A DNA stretch of 63,117 nt, the filler included, from Choristocarpus tenellus KU-1152 (lineage: Eukaryota > Protista > Phaeophyceae): the NCBI GenBank assembly GCA_964200185.2. It is 11 parts of 11 records of this genome, joined end to end, with 100 filler letters (N's around TTAATTAATTAA, not from the genome) between each part and the next. Parts side by side here need not be neighbours in the genome. Positions count along the whole stretch, not along the records: positions 30,077 to 41,967 come from CAXNAD020002078.1; positions 42,068 to 47,651 come from CAXNAD020010346.1; positions 47,752 to 51,184 come from CAXNAD020020063.1; 8 more parts are not named here. One strand, given 5' to 3'. How positions within the stretch are numbered: the stretch's first letter is position 1; every line of letters starts with the position of its first letter. Shown piece after piece: positions 36,801 to 49,389 of the stretch. The notes beneath the pieces were generated by a model, which worked only from the letters and a program-made list of their open reading frames with translations, was not told the DNA's origin and searched no databases. Made by a program: the position numbers and the translations under genes.

Positions 36801-39800
36801 GAAAAAAAAAGAAATTCCCATTAAAAAAAAAGACGACTCCCGAGCAGCAACACAGAATACTCTCTCACAGTGGTCTTCCCAACAACATATCTTGCACAGA
36901 AAGTTTGTCATGTTTTTTCCTCTGCATTGACAAGAGAATGAATCAAAGGAATCCACAAGTGCTTGACAGCAATTGAAGTGGTAGCGGTTCTGGACCGACA
37001 ATGTTGAATCGAAACACCGAGTGAACGAGGGGTTTACACACACACACACAAAATAAAATAAAAAATATAACCAAACAAATCCAACGTCGATTATTTATAT
37101 TATTTTGTGATTCATTCATCGAACAAAAAAAAAGATCGAATCGGCATAGTTCATAACGCACTATATATTATATAATATTATAATTCCAGTCTTTTGCAAA
37201 AGTACCTGCTACTGAACAACAGTGACTTTTGGCAACTGACCTATCATACGAGCAATAATAATAATAACAATAGAAAAACACACCCATATAGGTGTTCTCG
37301 TTTTTTCTTCTTGTTGATGTATATTTACACATCTCAAGAATCTTCGTCAGTCCAGGCAGTTGGCATGGTCGGGGTCCAGGCCATGGTGTGGACATATTGA
37401 AGCTGTCGACAGTCATGTACCAGCCATGTAGGAATACATTGGCACTGGGCCCCCACTCTACCACCCGTGAAAGGTGTACAACTACTTGTAGGGTCACTTT
37501 GCCCGTCCATGAGATACGTAAAAAAACTTGATGGTCATGGACCAGCCCTGTCCTCCTCTGCACCAATCCACCAAGCAAGTGCTGCCTCGCAAGTGTCTTC
37601 ATCAATTATCATCGCTATCACCATCGCAATTGTCCCCCCTTTTCCGCCTTTGCTCACTTCCCATGTGCTTGGCCTCAAAAATCGTCCCCACCCCGTGGTT
37701 TGAGCACCTGCCGTGTACCTCTTGAAAAGGCTCTGCCACGTCCTCTCAAGCGTCTCGCTGTCGTACTTGTTGAGCATAGCCAAAACGCCCCCAACCATCT
37801 AGTCAACCGTGCTGAATCCCTCCTTCCAGACACTACTTTTGAGGGACACGAAAAACACACCAGATCGTTTACCTTCACGCCTGGCGATTGCTCTGGCTGT
37901 GTCACAAGCTTGATATTCCATCCCCCTTCCCTGCTGGCCTCCTCAAGCACCCGCAGCGTGTCATGGCCCTTGTGGGGCGTGATACTGTGCTGCAGCATGA
38001 TTGCAGAGTCAAAGTTATCTTAGAGGGGTAGAGCCGAGTCCATTTGGGGGCCAAAATCCAACGTTGCAATTTTGATGTAATCTTGGCTACTGTGTTTGTT
38101 AGGAAGTGTCAGTATCCTTGTTCCGGACACACTTTTCCATAACACGTACGCATTTTACCTTGTCTGAAATATTTTGAAGTAGGAAAATGACACAAAAAAA
38201 CCCCATGTGAAGCCAAAAGCCCCAAATGGACAAACAAACAGGGCAAAACTCGTACCCTCTAAAGACACGTTCACTCTGCATCCTCACGATGTAACCAGGG
38301 CATCTCTCTGCTTGATCGTCGGCAGAAGCGTCTCCGTACACCACCTCCTGGACCGTATGTGGTCAATCGTCACATCACACTCATACTCCTCGCCTCTACC
38401 CTCCTCAGTCAGTCTCGTCATGGTTCTGCCTGGATCAGGTAGAGCCACGTTTTGTCGACGTGGACGATGTTGCCACAGGTGTTGCATGTCTTCTGGCCCC
38501 GGGGCAAGTTGATCCTGGCAGAAGTCTACCCGTTCCTTCTGATGGGAAAATGAATGCTATGGGGAAATTTGTTGAAGTTGTATTCTTGCACTCATATCCT
38601 CCACCCAGTAGTGGAAGAGCATTGTGAAGCCCACACTGAGATCAATCTCGTCAAAAGCTTGATGGAGAGCAGCTGTCACGGCATCGAGGCATGGTTCTCA
38701 GTGTCTTCACCATCTTTGACGCGGTGAAGTCCGAGGACCATCCTGAACTTAGAAAAAAAATTATCATCAGGTTGAGTGTGTGACCTTCAGCAAACTGTTT
38801 GGTGACCCGTTTCCAGAGGTGCCCTGGATAGTTCTTGACAACCTTGAACTCCTCTACCAGGGCGCTGCAAACGCCTTTGGGTAGGCGCTTTGCCCCCGGA
38901 GGGAGGTCCATGGCTTACCTCACAGTGAGGGCATAGCGACCAGCCTCGCTCAGTTGGCATCCCGTTTAGCGTGTTGTGGGGCTCTCTGCACAGCCTGATG
39001 GGTTCTGCACTTCACCTGTGGGACTCCCGGGCTCACTAATAAGACCTCCGAGGCTCGCTATATCTGTTCTAGGGTGCTTGTTGTTGTTTGAGGTGATGGG
39101 GGCAGTAGTTTGTGCCTTTGAGAGTCGGCAATTTCCGCCTGAAGATGGCCAAAAATATCCAGTTTTCGGTTCTACTGTTCAGAACCTTTCCGGAATTAAA
39201 TTTCTTAAAATTTAAGGCATGGGCATGTAGCAGAAGCTTTTCTCTTTTCCATATGAGGTGCTGTTTATGTTCCGAGTTGTTCTATATCTCGAGATATGCG
39301 ACTATGAACACAATCCCGCAAACTCATGGAACAGAGGGAGTGTATATATAACAGACTCTTTAATCAACCAAAATGTGTCCCAGAGCAGTACTATCCCAGA
39401 GTTGCAGGGCATCCTTTGTTAGCACACAGGTATCACGACATAACAATATTGGTGGTATAGTACACATGGACAAACGACATAGCGACAGACACGGCCCAGG
39501 CTCACTAGGAGGCAGGAGTCAAGGGTGGATGAAAACAGTCAGCACCCATCATGGCTTCAATTTGATTAGAGTGAGTGGCTGATGGGCACACACAATCAAT
39601 CAGCACACCTCCAGTACCATTCGATAACAAGGACCTTCTCCCCCTTCCCCCCTCTCCTCACAATATCTCACAGAACTCTATACAACAAATTAGATTGAGA
39701 TATCTACTTTAAAATATTAAGAAAAGTGTGTAGTGTAGGATGCCCAACTCATGCCTTCTGTATTTGAGGTATACAAGTGTGACATCTGTGACTCTTGGAT

Positions 39801-41805
39801 TTCCACCAGGACCTTCTGGAATACCCCCCCCCTCCCAAATCCCAAACCCTAACATCTTACGGACTCCCTTCTTCATATAGTGTTTGTGACTCTCAAGGCA
39901 ACCACTATTGAGCACAATAAACCAAGATATCATTGGCTACCTTGCTATACAAAGATTGCCATCTCTTCTCTATGGCAGGGCCAACAACAATAGCATCGCG
40001 TCTTGAAATGTACGTAAGGCATACTCTTCAAGGGCTGGCAAGGCCCTTTCCTTCAAAAATGTACTTCACCTCCATGTTCAATGCCACCTCCTCCTGATAA
40101 GTTACTATGTCAACATGACGTATTTATTCTTATTGTGTATGTACTCAAGGATGTACTGGTGTTATCATGCCAGAAGGCAAGGCGGGGAGGGGGGGGAGAG
40201 GTCTTTAGATAGTAGCTGCACTATCATCATGTAGAATACAATGAACCAACTATTCCCAGCTGTTCACTTTTTCACTCAATACAAAAGGGCGCTCACCTCT
40301 AGCTCCACAGCCGAAGCTTTAGGTAGAGACGTGACAACTATAGGCAAGATAGGCACCCGTCTAATAGCAGTCTGAATGTTCGCAGGTATGTTTGTATGTA
40401 GGTGTATGTACCAAGCAGAGGTGTTTTGGTGTTAGAGACCGCCACGGCGAGGGAGAAAGGGGCACAGAAGAAAAGAAAAGAAAAGAGGAAAAGAAGAAAA
40501 ATCAGTAGGGAAGAGGGGGGGAGGGGATATGCAAAAAAACAAAGAAAAAATTTAGTGTTCAGTGTTCAGTGTGTGTGCATGTGTGTGGTGGGGGGGTGGG
40601 GTGGAAGGTGACCAGGACCAGAACAATGGAATGCGACCACAGCTATCCTTACAACAACAAGCTTGAGAGGTGAGGTTTGCCCAGCTTGCAGTAAAAGGGT
40701 GTAACAATTGAGGTCATGAATCGGAAAAGAACATCAAATCAATTTTCTATCCCACTTCCTCCCAACACCGAATGGCCTCATCCTGTCCTGTACACTACAC
40801 CACCTTGCCAAAACAATGACGATACAGGTATATATATATATATATATTTATTTTTCAAGCAGTGTGGTTCGCCTTCTTCTGACTGATCACCTTTCAACCA
40901 GGAGTCTGGGAACCCTCAGATGATTGTCACGGCAATACTATTAACCAAATACAAATACAAAATCTTCAGAAAGCTTTTAACTTTTAAAGTCTAAAACATC
41001 AATAACATATAAAAAAACACTCATCCAACTCAACGTCATAGTTTTTGGCTGCACCCCCTTCCCCTTCCCCTTCCCCCCTCCCTCCCCCCTCTCTCTTGCA
41101 CACACACACCTTTTTCTTTGCTGCCTCCTTGGCAAGCTCCTCCGGATCACTTGTCCACCCCTCCTCTGCACTATCCTCATCCTCTACAAAATCCTCCCCT
41201 TCCCCATCCATTCCCGCTCTTGCACCAAAGGAGCTACCACCTCCGACTGCCGCCAAAACCCCAGCATTCCCCTCCATCAAGGTCCTGCACTCATCCACAA
41301 TATCACCAAGCTGAAACCGCCCCTCTCCTGAAGAGACAGTTACTGTCGGCAAGGAACTCTCCGCAATGTAAAGTGTAGCAAAGAGGCACCCCTTGGAGAG
41401 GGTGGTGCTTATCGCTCCAGCCACTGCAGCAGCATTGCGAACACACAGCTCAAGCTCAGCTTGCACCTGTGCATCCCACCACCTATAAAATGTTCCCTTG
41501 CATGCGACTGCAGCGTTCACACTCCCAACCTCACCAGTCCCCTCCCCCTGGCAGACGCTTCCTCCCTCTCCCCCACCAGTGCTATTGGGGCGAGGAGTTG
41601 TACCACCTACGGCGTGGTGCACAGGTAGAGAAGCAGAAGGCGTTTGAGTTGTCGTTGCTCCCTTCGGCAGCATCATGGATGCAGGATCAAGACCGATCTG
41701 TCCGGCGATCAGGCACAGTGACCCACTGGGTCCAATGGCATTGGCCTGGCTGTAGGGGCCGATGCAGACAGGGGCCCAGGAGGAGAGGCTTCGCACATGC
41801 AGAAC
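33874..41805 (-). CDS. DPH6: Diphthine--ammonia ligase-like protein, 3' part with RidA/YjgF-like domains; exons 41805-41110, 40371-40297, 34794-33874
   Basis: VLHVRSLSSWAPVCIGPYSQAN...LIAGQIGLDPASM is the hallmark of the DPH6 C-terminal RidA domain; phase-0 junctions give ILPIVVTSLPKASAVELE|VLCVT; last exon has LKWQDVAHLRVYH...LVPVSGLP. The ATPase N-terminus is not in this contig. Confidence 0.82.
35500..36775 (+). mobile_element. Possible degenerate non-LTR retrotransposon 3' end in the DPH6 intron
   Basis: Decayed CCHC-like segment (FCTL...DSVPSTLHAC...TH, ~35885-35980), KIWKLHNLVNKFKRRYGINV..FLIGIL resembling an RLE C-terminus, and a CAA-rich tail at ~36757-36775. Confidence 0.3.
37650..39340 (-). 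mobile_element. Degenerate mariner-like (plant DD39D-type) transposon in the DPH6 intron, interrupted by a MITE
   Basis: MDLPPGAKRLPKG...LWKRV; TLLPTIK..MPWL...IMLQHSITPHKG...GGWNIKLVTQPEQSPGVKVNDL...YDSETLERTWQSL (QQDNA.PH and QP.NSPD.NV.DL motifs, decayed); Stowaway-like TIR end ggaacagagggag at 39328-39340. Confidence 0.8.
38006..38276 (+). mobile_element. MITE family A copy inside the mariner transposase
   Basis: tgca|gagtcaaagttatcttagaggggta ... taccctctaaagacacgttcactc|tgca; exact TSD; removal restores PWLHREDAIMLQH. Confidence 0.92.
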
Positions 41806-42753
41806 CTGATCAAGGCATGCATCAAGAGATCAAGGAGCAAGGAGTTTGTAGTATTTAGAGCGGGTGATCAGTCCCAGGGGATACAATAGTGCAGGCGAGC
41901 AATGCGTGGACAGATGAGGGTGGGGTGGGGTGGGGTGGGGTGGGGTGGGTGGGAAGGCTATGTTGTTNNNNNNNNNNNNNNNNNNNNNNNNNNNNNNNNN
42001 NNNNNNNNNNNTTAATTAATTAANNNNNNNNNNNNNNNNNNNNNNNNNNNNNNNNNNNNNNNNNNNNTACAATACACAAAAAATGTCAAAATAAAAAAAT
42101 TAATGTTACAGAAAAAAAAACCCGGGGGGGGGGGACAATGCCCAATGTGACAATCTGACTAGACGCTTAAAATCCGTCTTGAAATGTCAGGAACCAGCAG
42201 AGACGCCCTAAAAATTCAGAGTCGTCATCCCTGTTCAGGTGAGTTAGAAGCAGACGAGGCTTTAAGTACATGTATGCACTGAAGAGCTGCTACCTGATTT
42301 CACCAACCAATTCAGCACCCCCAAAATAAATGCATATTAATATTAATATTAATATTGCAAAGTAATCCGAAGGTGAGTACAAGTAACACAGAGGGTCCCA
42401 GTGGAACCTGGTTCTGACTACACGCCCGGACCCCAGGACCAAAGTCTTAAGCAGGATTCCAGGGTTAGGGGGCGAGCATAAAGACTTCGGGAGGTTGGAG
42501 TCAGAAATTGTAGGCATCCTGGAGATGGGAGAGTGAAGCTGAGAAGGCAAAAACTGCTCCCACCCCGAGGTGGAGAGCGCAATCCACACCCAAGTACTAC
42601 CCATGTTGAGAGGGGCCACTGCCCACCACCAGACACAAAGAAGGTTCACAAGAGGTTTTTGTAGTACTTTCCAAAAGGAGATCAGCTGGTGGTGTGAGGG
42701 AGGTGGACCTCAGCCAGGAACCACACTGAGAAGGCGGTTACTAATATAACACA

Positions 42754-42792
<39 letters not shown>

Positions 42793-43066
42793 GCGGCTTT
42801 CAAACGGGACCTCTTGGACCAGCCGATGGCGCTGAAAAGATCCAGAAAATTCCATTTTTCCACCGACTAAAATATTGGTGGTCAACGGAATGGTCGAAAT
42901 GTGAAGATTTTTACCACTAACGATGGAACCAATTTGACACAAAACATCCCCAACTGTTTGTTTCTCCCATGCCATACAGTCGTAACACCCACCGACTCAA
43001 CGCCAACCCTGTCTAAACCAGTTGACACATACACAGATATACATACACACAGCATACCACAGGCCC

Positions 43067-43267
43067 ACCTGCACAGTTACATTATCCTCAGTGTTCCACA
43101 AGGCCATACAGTTGCCACCAATCGAGCCAGGGTCCCGGACAACACGCCCTCGGCCATGGCTACGCCCACCATCACCACCGCCACGGGCACGGCTGCCAAC
43201 CGAGTTCTTTCTTATCCCTGCCATTGCTGCTTCCCCTTTTTCTCCTCCCCCTGCCCCGCTCATATTA
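43067..43267 (-). CDS. Probable internal exon of an unidentified gene
   Basis: cgtcag|ACTAATATG...GTGCAG|gtgggc open frame TNMSGAGGGEKG...ALWNTEDNVTVQ. Confidence 0.35.
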
Positions 43268-44022
43268 GTCTGACGAGGCTTTTGTTCCTCTTCATGAGTC
43301 GTGAGCAGGAACAATGTGAAAGAGGGGGGAAATACAAGGGGAGGGGGAGGGGGAGGGGGAGGGGGAGGGGGGGGGGGAGGGGGAGGGGGAGAGGGGGAAG
43401 GGGTAATGGAGAGATGATTGGATTGGAGTATTCGAATTCAATCTCTATGGTGGTGTTATATATATATATATATATATATTACATAACAGTATCTAGGTTC
43501 ATTGTATCCCTGTAATCGTAATAAACTTTCTTTTTTTAATTAAAAAAATATATATATATTTCCACACACATGTAAAATAGTCAAGTCATTGAAAATGGAA
43601 ACGTGCAGGAGTGTTTTAAATGAAAAAAAAGATGAAACTGATTCTTCTATTTTAAGAAAAAAAAAGTACAAAAAAAAACAAAACTACTTCAGAGCAACTG
43701 CCTGACTGACTCTCATCAAATAACCTGGTATAGAGGTTTGGTACAAGTAGGCGTACCTCTCCTCTGTTCAGCATCAGTTACAATAATTTGCAGGGCATTT
43801 TTTGATCGCACCGCCAAGGGATTTCTTGCAGCTTCACAGCGGGCAGCGCCGAATAGCTATAGTCTATCTAAGTCTGATCGAGTTGAGAATTTTAGGGTAT
43901 ACATACCTCATAATGGGTTATTGTGGTACTCCCACAAAAAAACTGCAAAAAAATCTGGTATCGTCTTACATTTATTTTAATAGCGCTGCCCTGCCAAACT
44001 GTTCAAACTGATACTGAATGAG

Positions 44023-44287
44023 GAGCCAAAGTATCTTAGAGGGTAGAGCCGCGTCCATTTCGGGGCTACAAGGCAATGTTGCGATTTTGACGTAATTTTG
44101 GCTATCATCGTGTTTGTTAGGAAGTGTCAACATCCTTGTTCCGGACACACCTTTCATAACATACACATTTCACCTACTCCGAAATATTTGGGAGGAGGTA
44201 AAATGTCATTAAAAAAAACCCATGGGAAGCCAAGCCCCAAATGGACAAACAGGGCAAAACTTGTACCCTCTTAAGATACTTTCACTC
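44023..44287 (+). mobile_element. MITE family A full-length copy
   Basis: tgag|gagccaaagtatcttagagggta ... taccctcttaagatactttcactc|tgag; exact 4-bp TSD. Confidence 0.92.
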
Positions 44288-44638
44288 TGAGTACAGAGGA
44301 GGCACGAGCTTTTCGAGGCTAACACCGCAAACCGGGCTCCTTCTCTATTCATACAAACAATTCAGTGTTACGTATCGACAGCACCGAATGTGCTACAAAG
44401 CTACAAAGTACTATCAGCGACCGGTGTGTTCTGAAACAGAAGCTACTTACAAGTACAATTTAAAAACTCAACCACGAAAAAAAAAAAAAAAAAAAAAAAA
44501 ACCGAAACAAAACAAACCGCCAGCACCCAAAAAAAAAAAAAAAAAGGGGGTGAGAGAAGGACCCCACATCGAGNNNNNNNNNNTTCAAAAAAAAAAAAAA
44601 TAAAAAAAAAGGAACGGGGTTTTAAAAAAAAAAAAAAA

Positions 44639-44696
<58 letters not shown>

Positions 44697-45871
44697 GAAT
44701 CAAATCGAACCGTCAGCGCCCGAGGAAAACTCTACAAAGTCTCTCCACAAGTCTTCTCTCAGCAGGGAGACCTGAAGCTACCTGTGAACATGAAATGTGT
44801 AGCGAATTGTGGGTAGAGTAGGGACACCTTGTGATACGACTGACTGACTGCGTGGTTCTGTGACCTCTGACAGATTCAGCAGTCACATTTCTGCTTGTGC
44901 CGTAACTGCGAAAGAAAAAACAGAATAATAATAATAATAATAATAACAATAACATTAACGTTTTTTTGGTTCAGTTGTTGGGTTATTCTCACTAATGGAG
45001 GTTAAACTGACTGAACTGTCTCGGTTCACAAGAACAATATTGTTAAAAAAAAATTATCCAAAGAAAAAATCTTCAATTTTCCAGTGCAACACAGTTTTGC
45101 AGGCATGAAAAAATGTATTCCCATAATTTTTATAGATCACCAAAAAAATGGTAAAACCTTCCCTTTCTCCACCCCCCTGATTAACCCTAGTTTACACCCA
45201 CAGGGACCTGTCCATATCCCCACCAGATCCAACTAATATCTCACAAAAAATATTTAAAAAAAACAAGGCGCAGGTACGAATCTCCCCAATACAAGCAGAA
45301 TATTACTTTGTTCTTCAACAAGGAAAAGGCTCTCACTATTATTTCGCAATTACTGATCTGTTTTTAAATCTTATTTGCTGTTCAGTAGGTCTGCTATTAA
45401 TTCACTGCTTAATCTCGCATTTCTATTATTATTATATTATAATTATGTTTAATTGGTGTATGCACAGCGACCAAGCATGCACCAAAACCAGTACTTCCAA
45501 AAAATAGTAGTAACACCAACAACTACTCAGACAGCTCTTGACCCAACCAAAGCACGTCCATCAAGACCCTCCAATAGCAGAGACAATACCCTAACTCATT
45601 GTTTGGTGCACCACCATGCTCACATCACTTCTCAACACAGTACTACACAAGCACAGCATCACGCACACTACAACACACCGGCCACCAACCTTCATCCACT
45701 CCAAAAAAATAAGTACTGATTAGACCACGGCAATGCCTAGAATCATCACACCAAAATCAAACACAACAGGTGGACCACGGCTACGCATCATACCACATCC
45801 CCCCCCCTCAACCATGATCTCATCACTAGTAACAGCTTTCTCAACTGCAACCAATACCCCCTCCCACATAC

Positions 45872-46035
45872 CCCTCACCTTCCTTAAAGTGTGGGATGCA
45901 TGACAGAGCCTGTGCCACTAGATCCACTTGTCGCTTCAATTCCAAGTACGCCCGCACAGAAATCCCTGACCCCACTGCCTTTCCAAACTTCCCCCACTGC
46001 CTGATCTCTCCCCTATCAACACGAATCCCCGACTG
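45872..46035 (-). CDS. Possible exon of an AMP-binding (acyl-CoA synthetase-like) gene
   Basis: SVRAYLELKRQVDLVAQALSCIPHFKEGEG|gtatg resembles 'TY.EL...V..lA.AL....kGD.V'; single exon only. Confidence 0.3.
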
Positions 46036-46449
46036 AAGCATCATACACACAAGTGGAGGGGTGGGGTGGGGTAGGGTGGGGTAGGGTGGGGTGTGGGAAT
46101 GGTTTTCGGGGACCGGCAGATCTTAAAATAAGGGTTTTCAAAAAGTATCACAGGCGGTGGTAAAATTGCCCCCTGAAGGTCAGCCTATGATATCAAAACA
46201 CCGCTCTGAACTGAGACACAAGTACAAAGGGTTGACAGCAAGAACAACAAAAACAAAACATCATGTGAGGCGATACACATATTAATAGTTTCTTTTTAAT
46301 TCTTTTTAATTCTATTTAATTTCCTCATGACGAATGAGTGTCCAAGGTGGCGATCATCACCAGTGTAGTAAAATTAGGTTTCAGTCTGGTTGGGTGGTAC
46401 AGTACAACTAAGAATATATATGTATGTTCACAGTGTGTGTGGAATTACT

Positions 46450-47280
46450 AGCATCCATTGAGGTAAATGTGCAAAACTGTACCACTCCGGCTGATGCTGA
46501 CTTTCAAAAATACAGAAACTGAGAAATTTCTGGATTGGCTAATGCCTGCATGTGAAATGTGTGCCAGTTCAAAAACACTGATCAGAAGATTCACGGAAAA
46601 CAGATCAGGTGGGACCTTTCAGACGCGGAAATTTACTCGCTGTACCAAAGAAAATCACCTTCACAATACTATCCCTGTGTGTCCCTGATGAGCCCCTATC
46701 AACTAAACACCTGCCAGAGGTGTAGAGCATTTACATTCTATATGCAAGCACGTGGAATAAATACATGCAGTGATATCGCTCTTTCTACCTTGCAATTTGA
46801 TCTGAGCAGCAATTGTTTTGTTCCGTGAGAGTTGCTAACAACAACGCCTCCAACTACATGACAGCTGGGATGTTTAAGCAATCTTGTATGAAGGTTCAAC
46901 TACCACCGTCAAATTTGGACCCTCATCAAGTGTATCATGGTTGCTGTATACAACCACCTATTGACGATTCAGTTTTTTCATTATTTCATTCATTCCAAAA
47001 TGTAAGAAGGTGTACCAAACTCTAAGAAGACAAAAATAATAAAAAGAACTCAATATTCGTTTTCTGAAGGTTGAAATATTCCTAATTTCCACTGACAATA
47101 AAAATCGGTAGTTGGCTGAGAGGTATGATGCCATGAAATTTACTGCCAGCTGCAATGGTATTGTAGGTATATCCACATATTGAGTCAGTAGTTCCTTGCT
47201 GAGCCAAACCACGCAATCAAAAAATTCAAAACCCCACCCTAACCTGTGTTACAGAGAATCAAATCCAAATACCTGTACTG
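46450..47280 (+). mobile_element. Degenerate hAT (DUF659-type) transposase relic
   Basis: GGTF....TRCTKENHLHNTIPVCP and RVANNNASNYMTAG resemble 'GcT..sDgWt...liN..v.cP' and 'vvTDNAsNy.aAG'. Confidence 0.4.
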
Positions 47281-47751
47281 CCTGCACACTACAACATTTC
47301 TAGGTTATACAAGTGAAGGCATGATCCCAGCAGGAAAGTATCTCAATAGTATCTGACTACGATAGTATCTGACTACACAGTACATTCGGTCAAGGGGTCA
47401 AGGGGTGGTAAGTTTGGGGGGCTCACACCCGATCAATAAAATCACAACCTCTGTGGCAAGGCAAACGTGAGCATGTGTATCAGCATTTCTAACTCTCTTG
47501 CAAAAACCTGCTCAGAGAGGGAAGAGACCTCTCAACATCGTAATTTCACGACACTGTGCTCTAGGACCTGAAGGTCATATTATGTGGGAGGATAGCTCAG
47601 ATACTGACAGGCGCCCAACACATTGAATTGGCAGTTTCAGACCCCCCTCCCNNNNNNNNNNNNNNNNNNNNNNNNNNNNNNNNNNNNNNNNNNNNTTAAT
47701 TAATTAANNNNNNNNNNNNNNNNNNNNNNNNNNNNNNNNNNNNNNNNNNNN

Positions 47752-47789
47752 CAAATGGACAGCCGCCGCCCCCCCCAGATACTTTGAGC
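47752..47789 (-). mobile_element. MITE family B terminal fragment
   Basis: caaatggacagccgccgccccccccagatactttgagc. Confidence 0.7.
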
Positions 47790-47799
47790 TACGGGCAAG

Positions 47800-48745
47800 G
47801 GGAAGGTGCTGCCAAATAAATTACGGAGAAAGACGCGTCCTACAAGCCTCGCGGTGCTCACAATTGTAAACGTTTGAGCTTTTGCAGAGACAGTAGAAGA
47901 GTCGACGGTCCTGAAGACCATGATAGGAACTGCGGTAGCTCAAAATTTTGGAATCGGTCACAGCACCCTCTACAAGTTGAAGGAGGCAACTACATCATGG
48001 AGAAAGCGCAGATGCTGAATCCTGACGCCAAGTCTACCAGGAGTGCCAAGCATGTCGAGGTGCATCAGTGTGTGGATTGAAAGTCTGAAAGTAGGTTGAT
48101 TGATATTGTGACTGAATTGTCTTTATGCACTGTCTACTGATGGGGATCATGACTGATTTTTTTGAATTTTTTCCCATGTTTCTGTCGTACTGTAGTGTCT
48201 GTACTATGTACTGTAGTATCACGGGTGGCCATTTTGCTTGTAGAGGTGTCATCCCACACGAGGTATTCCTATACATTAATGAGGATCTCTCTGATGCTCT
48301 TGAAGCTCTGCACCTCAAACCTAGTGGAAAGCCGTCTCAGGCTTCCATCGACCCAAGGAGAGCGTGGATCGGTGTGGAAGACAACAATGAAGTGGCCAAT
48401 GCGATACTAGAGGACATGAAAGACAAGCTGCTTAAGAAATCCTTGTAGCAGTCAGACAATGAAAACTGGGGTGACGAGGGTGTCGGTGGGCTTATGGGAG
48501 GGGGCAGTGCATCGGGGACCGTGAGGAGAAAGGAGCAGCATCTTCGGTGTATTCTTGATTCCTCCACCGCCGTACTCTCAAGTAGCTGACGAGTTTGCAA
48601 TCTTAGAAACAACTGTCGACGATTGCAGCACGAACAATATTTCGTACTAATATATCTCCAGAAAGTAAAGCTGGCTTGACTCAGTGCAATCGGCCAACGG
48701 CAATCGAACAAGCGAGCATTCGAGATTTTTTTGGCAGTCGCGATT
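47800..48745 (+). mobile_element. pogo/Tigger-like transposase relic lacking the central DDE region
   Basis: TAVAQNFGIGHSTLYKLK..NPDAKSTRSAKHVEV (CENP-B/psq-type HTH, frameshifted), acidic WIGVEDNNEVANAILEDM and C-terminal EQASIRDFF. Confidence 0.55.
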
Positions 48746-49389
48746 TTTTTATTAGTGAATAAGTTGTTTTACTCAGTGTGTGTGATGGAGGTCGCATGGC
48801 AATGCAGCTGCAATTGATCCACGGTGGTGTTTTTGATATTGTCTTGTATAATATCCTTGTAGAGTGCAATTGAATATGTAGGGCAGGGCATTGGAGGGAG
48901 ATTAACTTCGAACATTGATTTGATATGTCTGCCGAGCCATCCAATGGGTTGCGGATGCTTTTCTTGGGAAGGTGTACTATGCATATGAGTGAATACATCG
49001 TCATGAGTGTACTTTACCAAAGTTACAGTACGGTATACATATGACACTGGTATACTGTGGAGGGGTGCTGTAGATGTGGTGCTTGCTGCACTACCTCAGC
49101 TTCATCGTAATGGGTTCACCGAGGGCGATGTTCAATACCTATCTACATTTAGCTCCTCTTGAAGGCACATGGGAAGCACATATAGCAAGGGCGTCGTTCT
49201 GTCGTCATTCAGGGACAAGTATAAAGTGCCTACGAGTACTGTTGCTTGATATAAAATAGGTTTCTCTTATCACGATCCCTCTGTTTAAGAGAAAAATACT
49301 CTTATATAAATAAGAGAGGATCGGGATATAAGAGAGGTGTTGTTCCCTTGTCCCTACCCTCTCTTACATAGGTAAACACCGACTGTACC

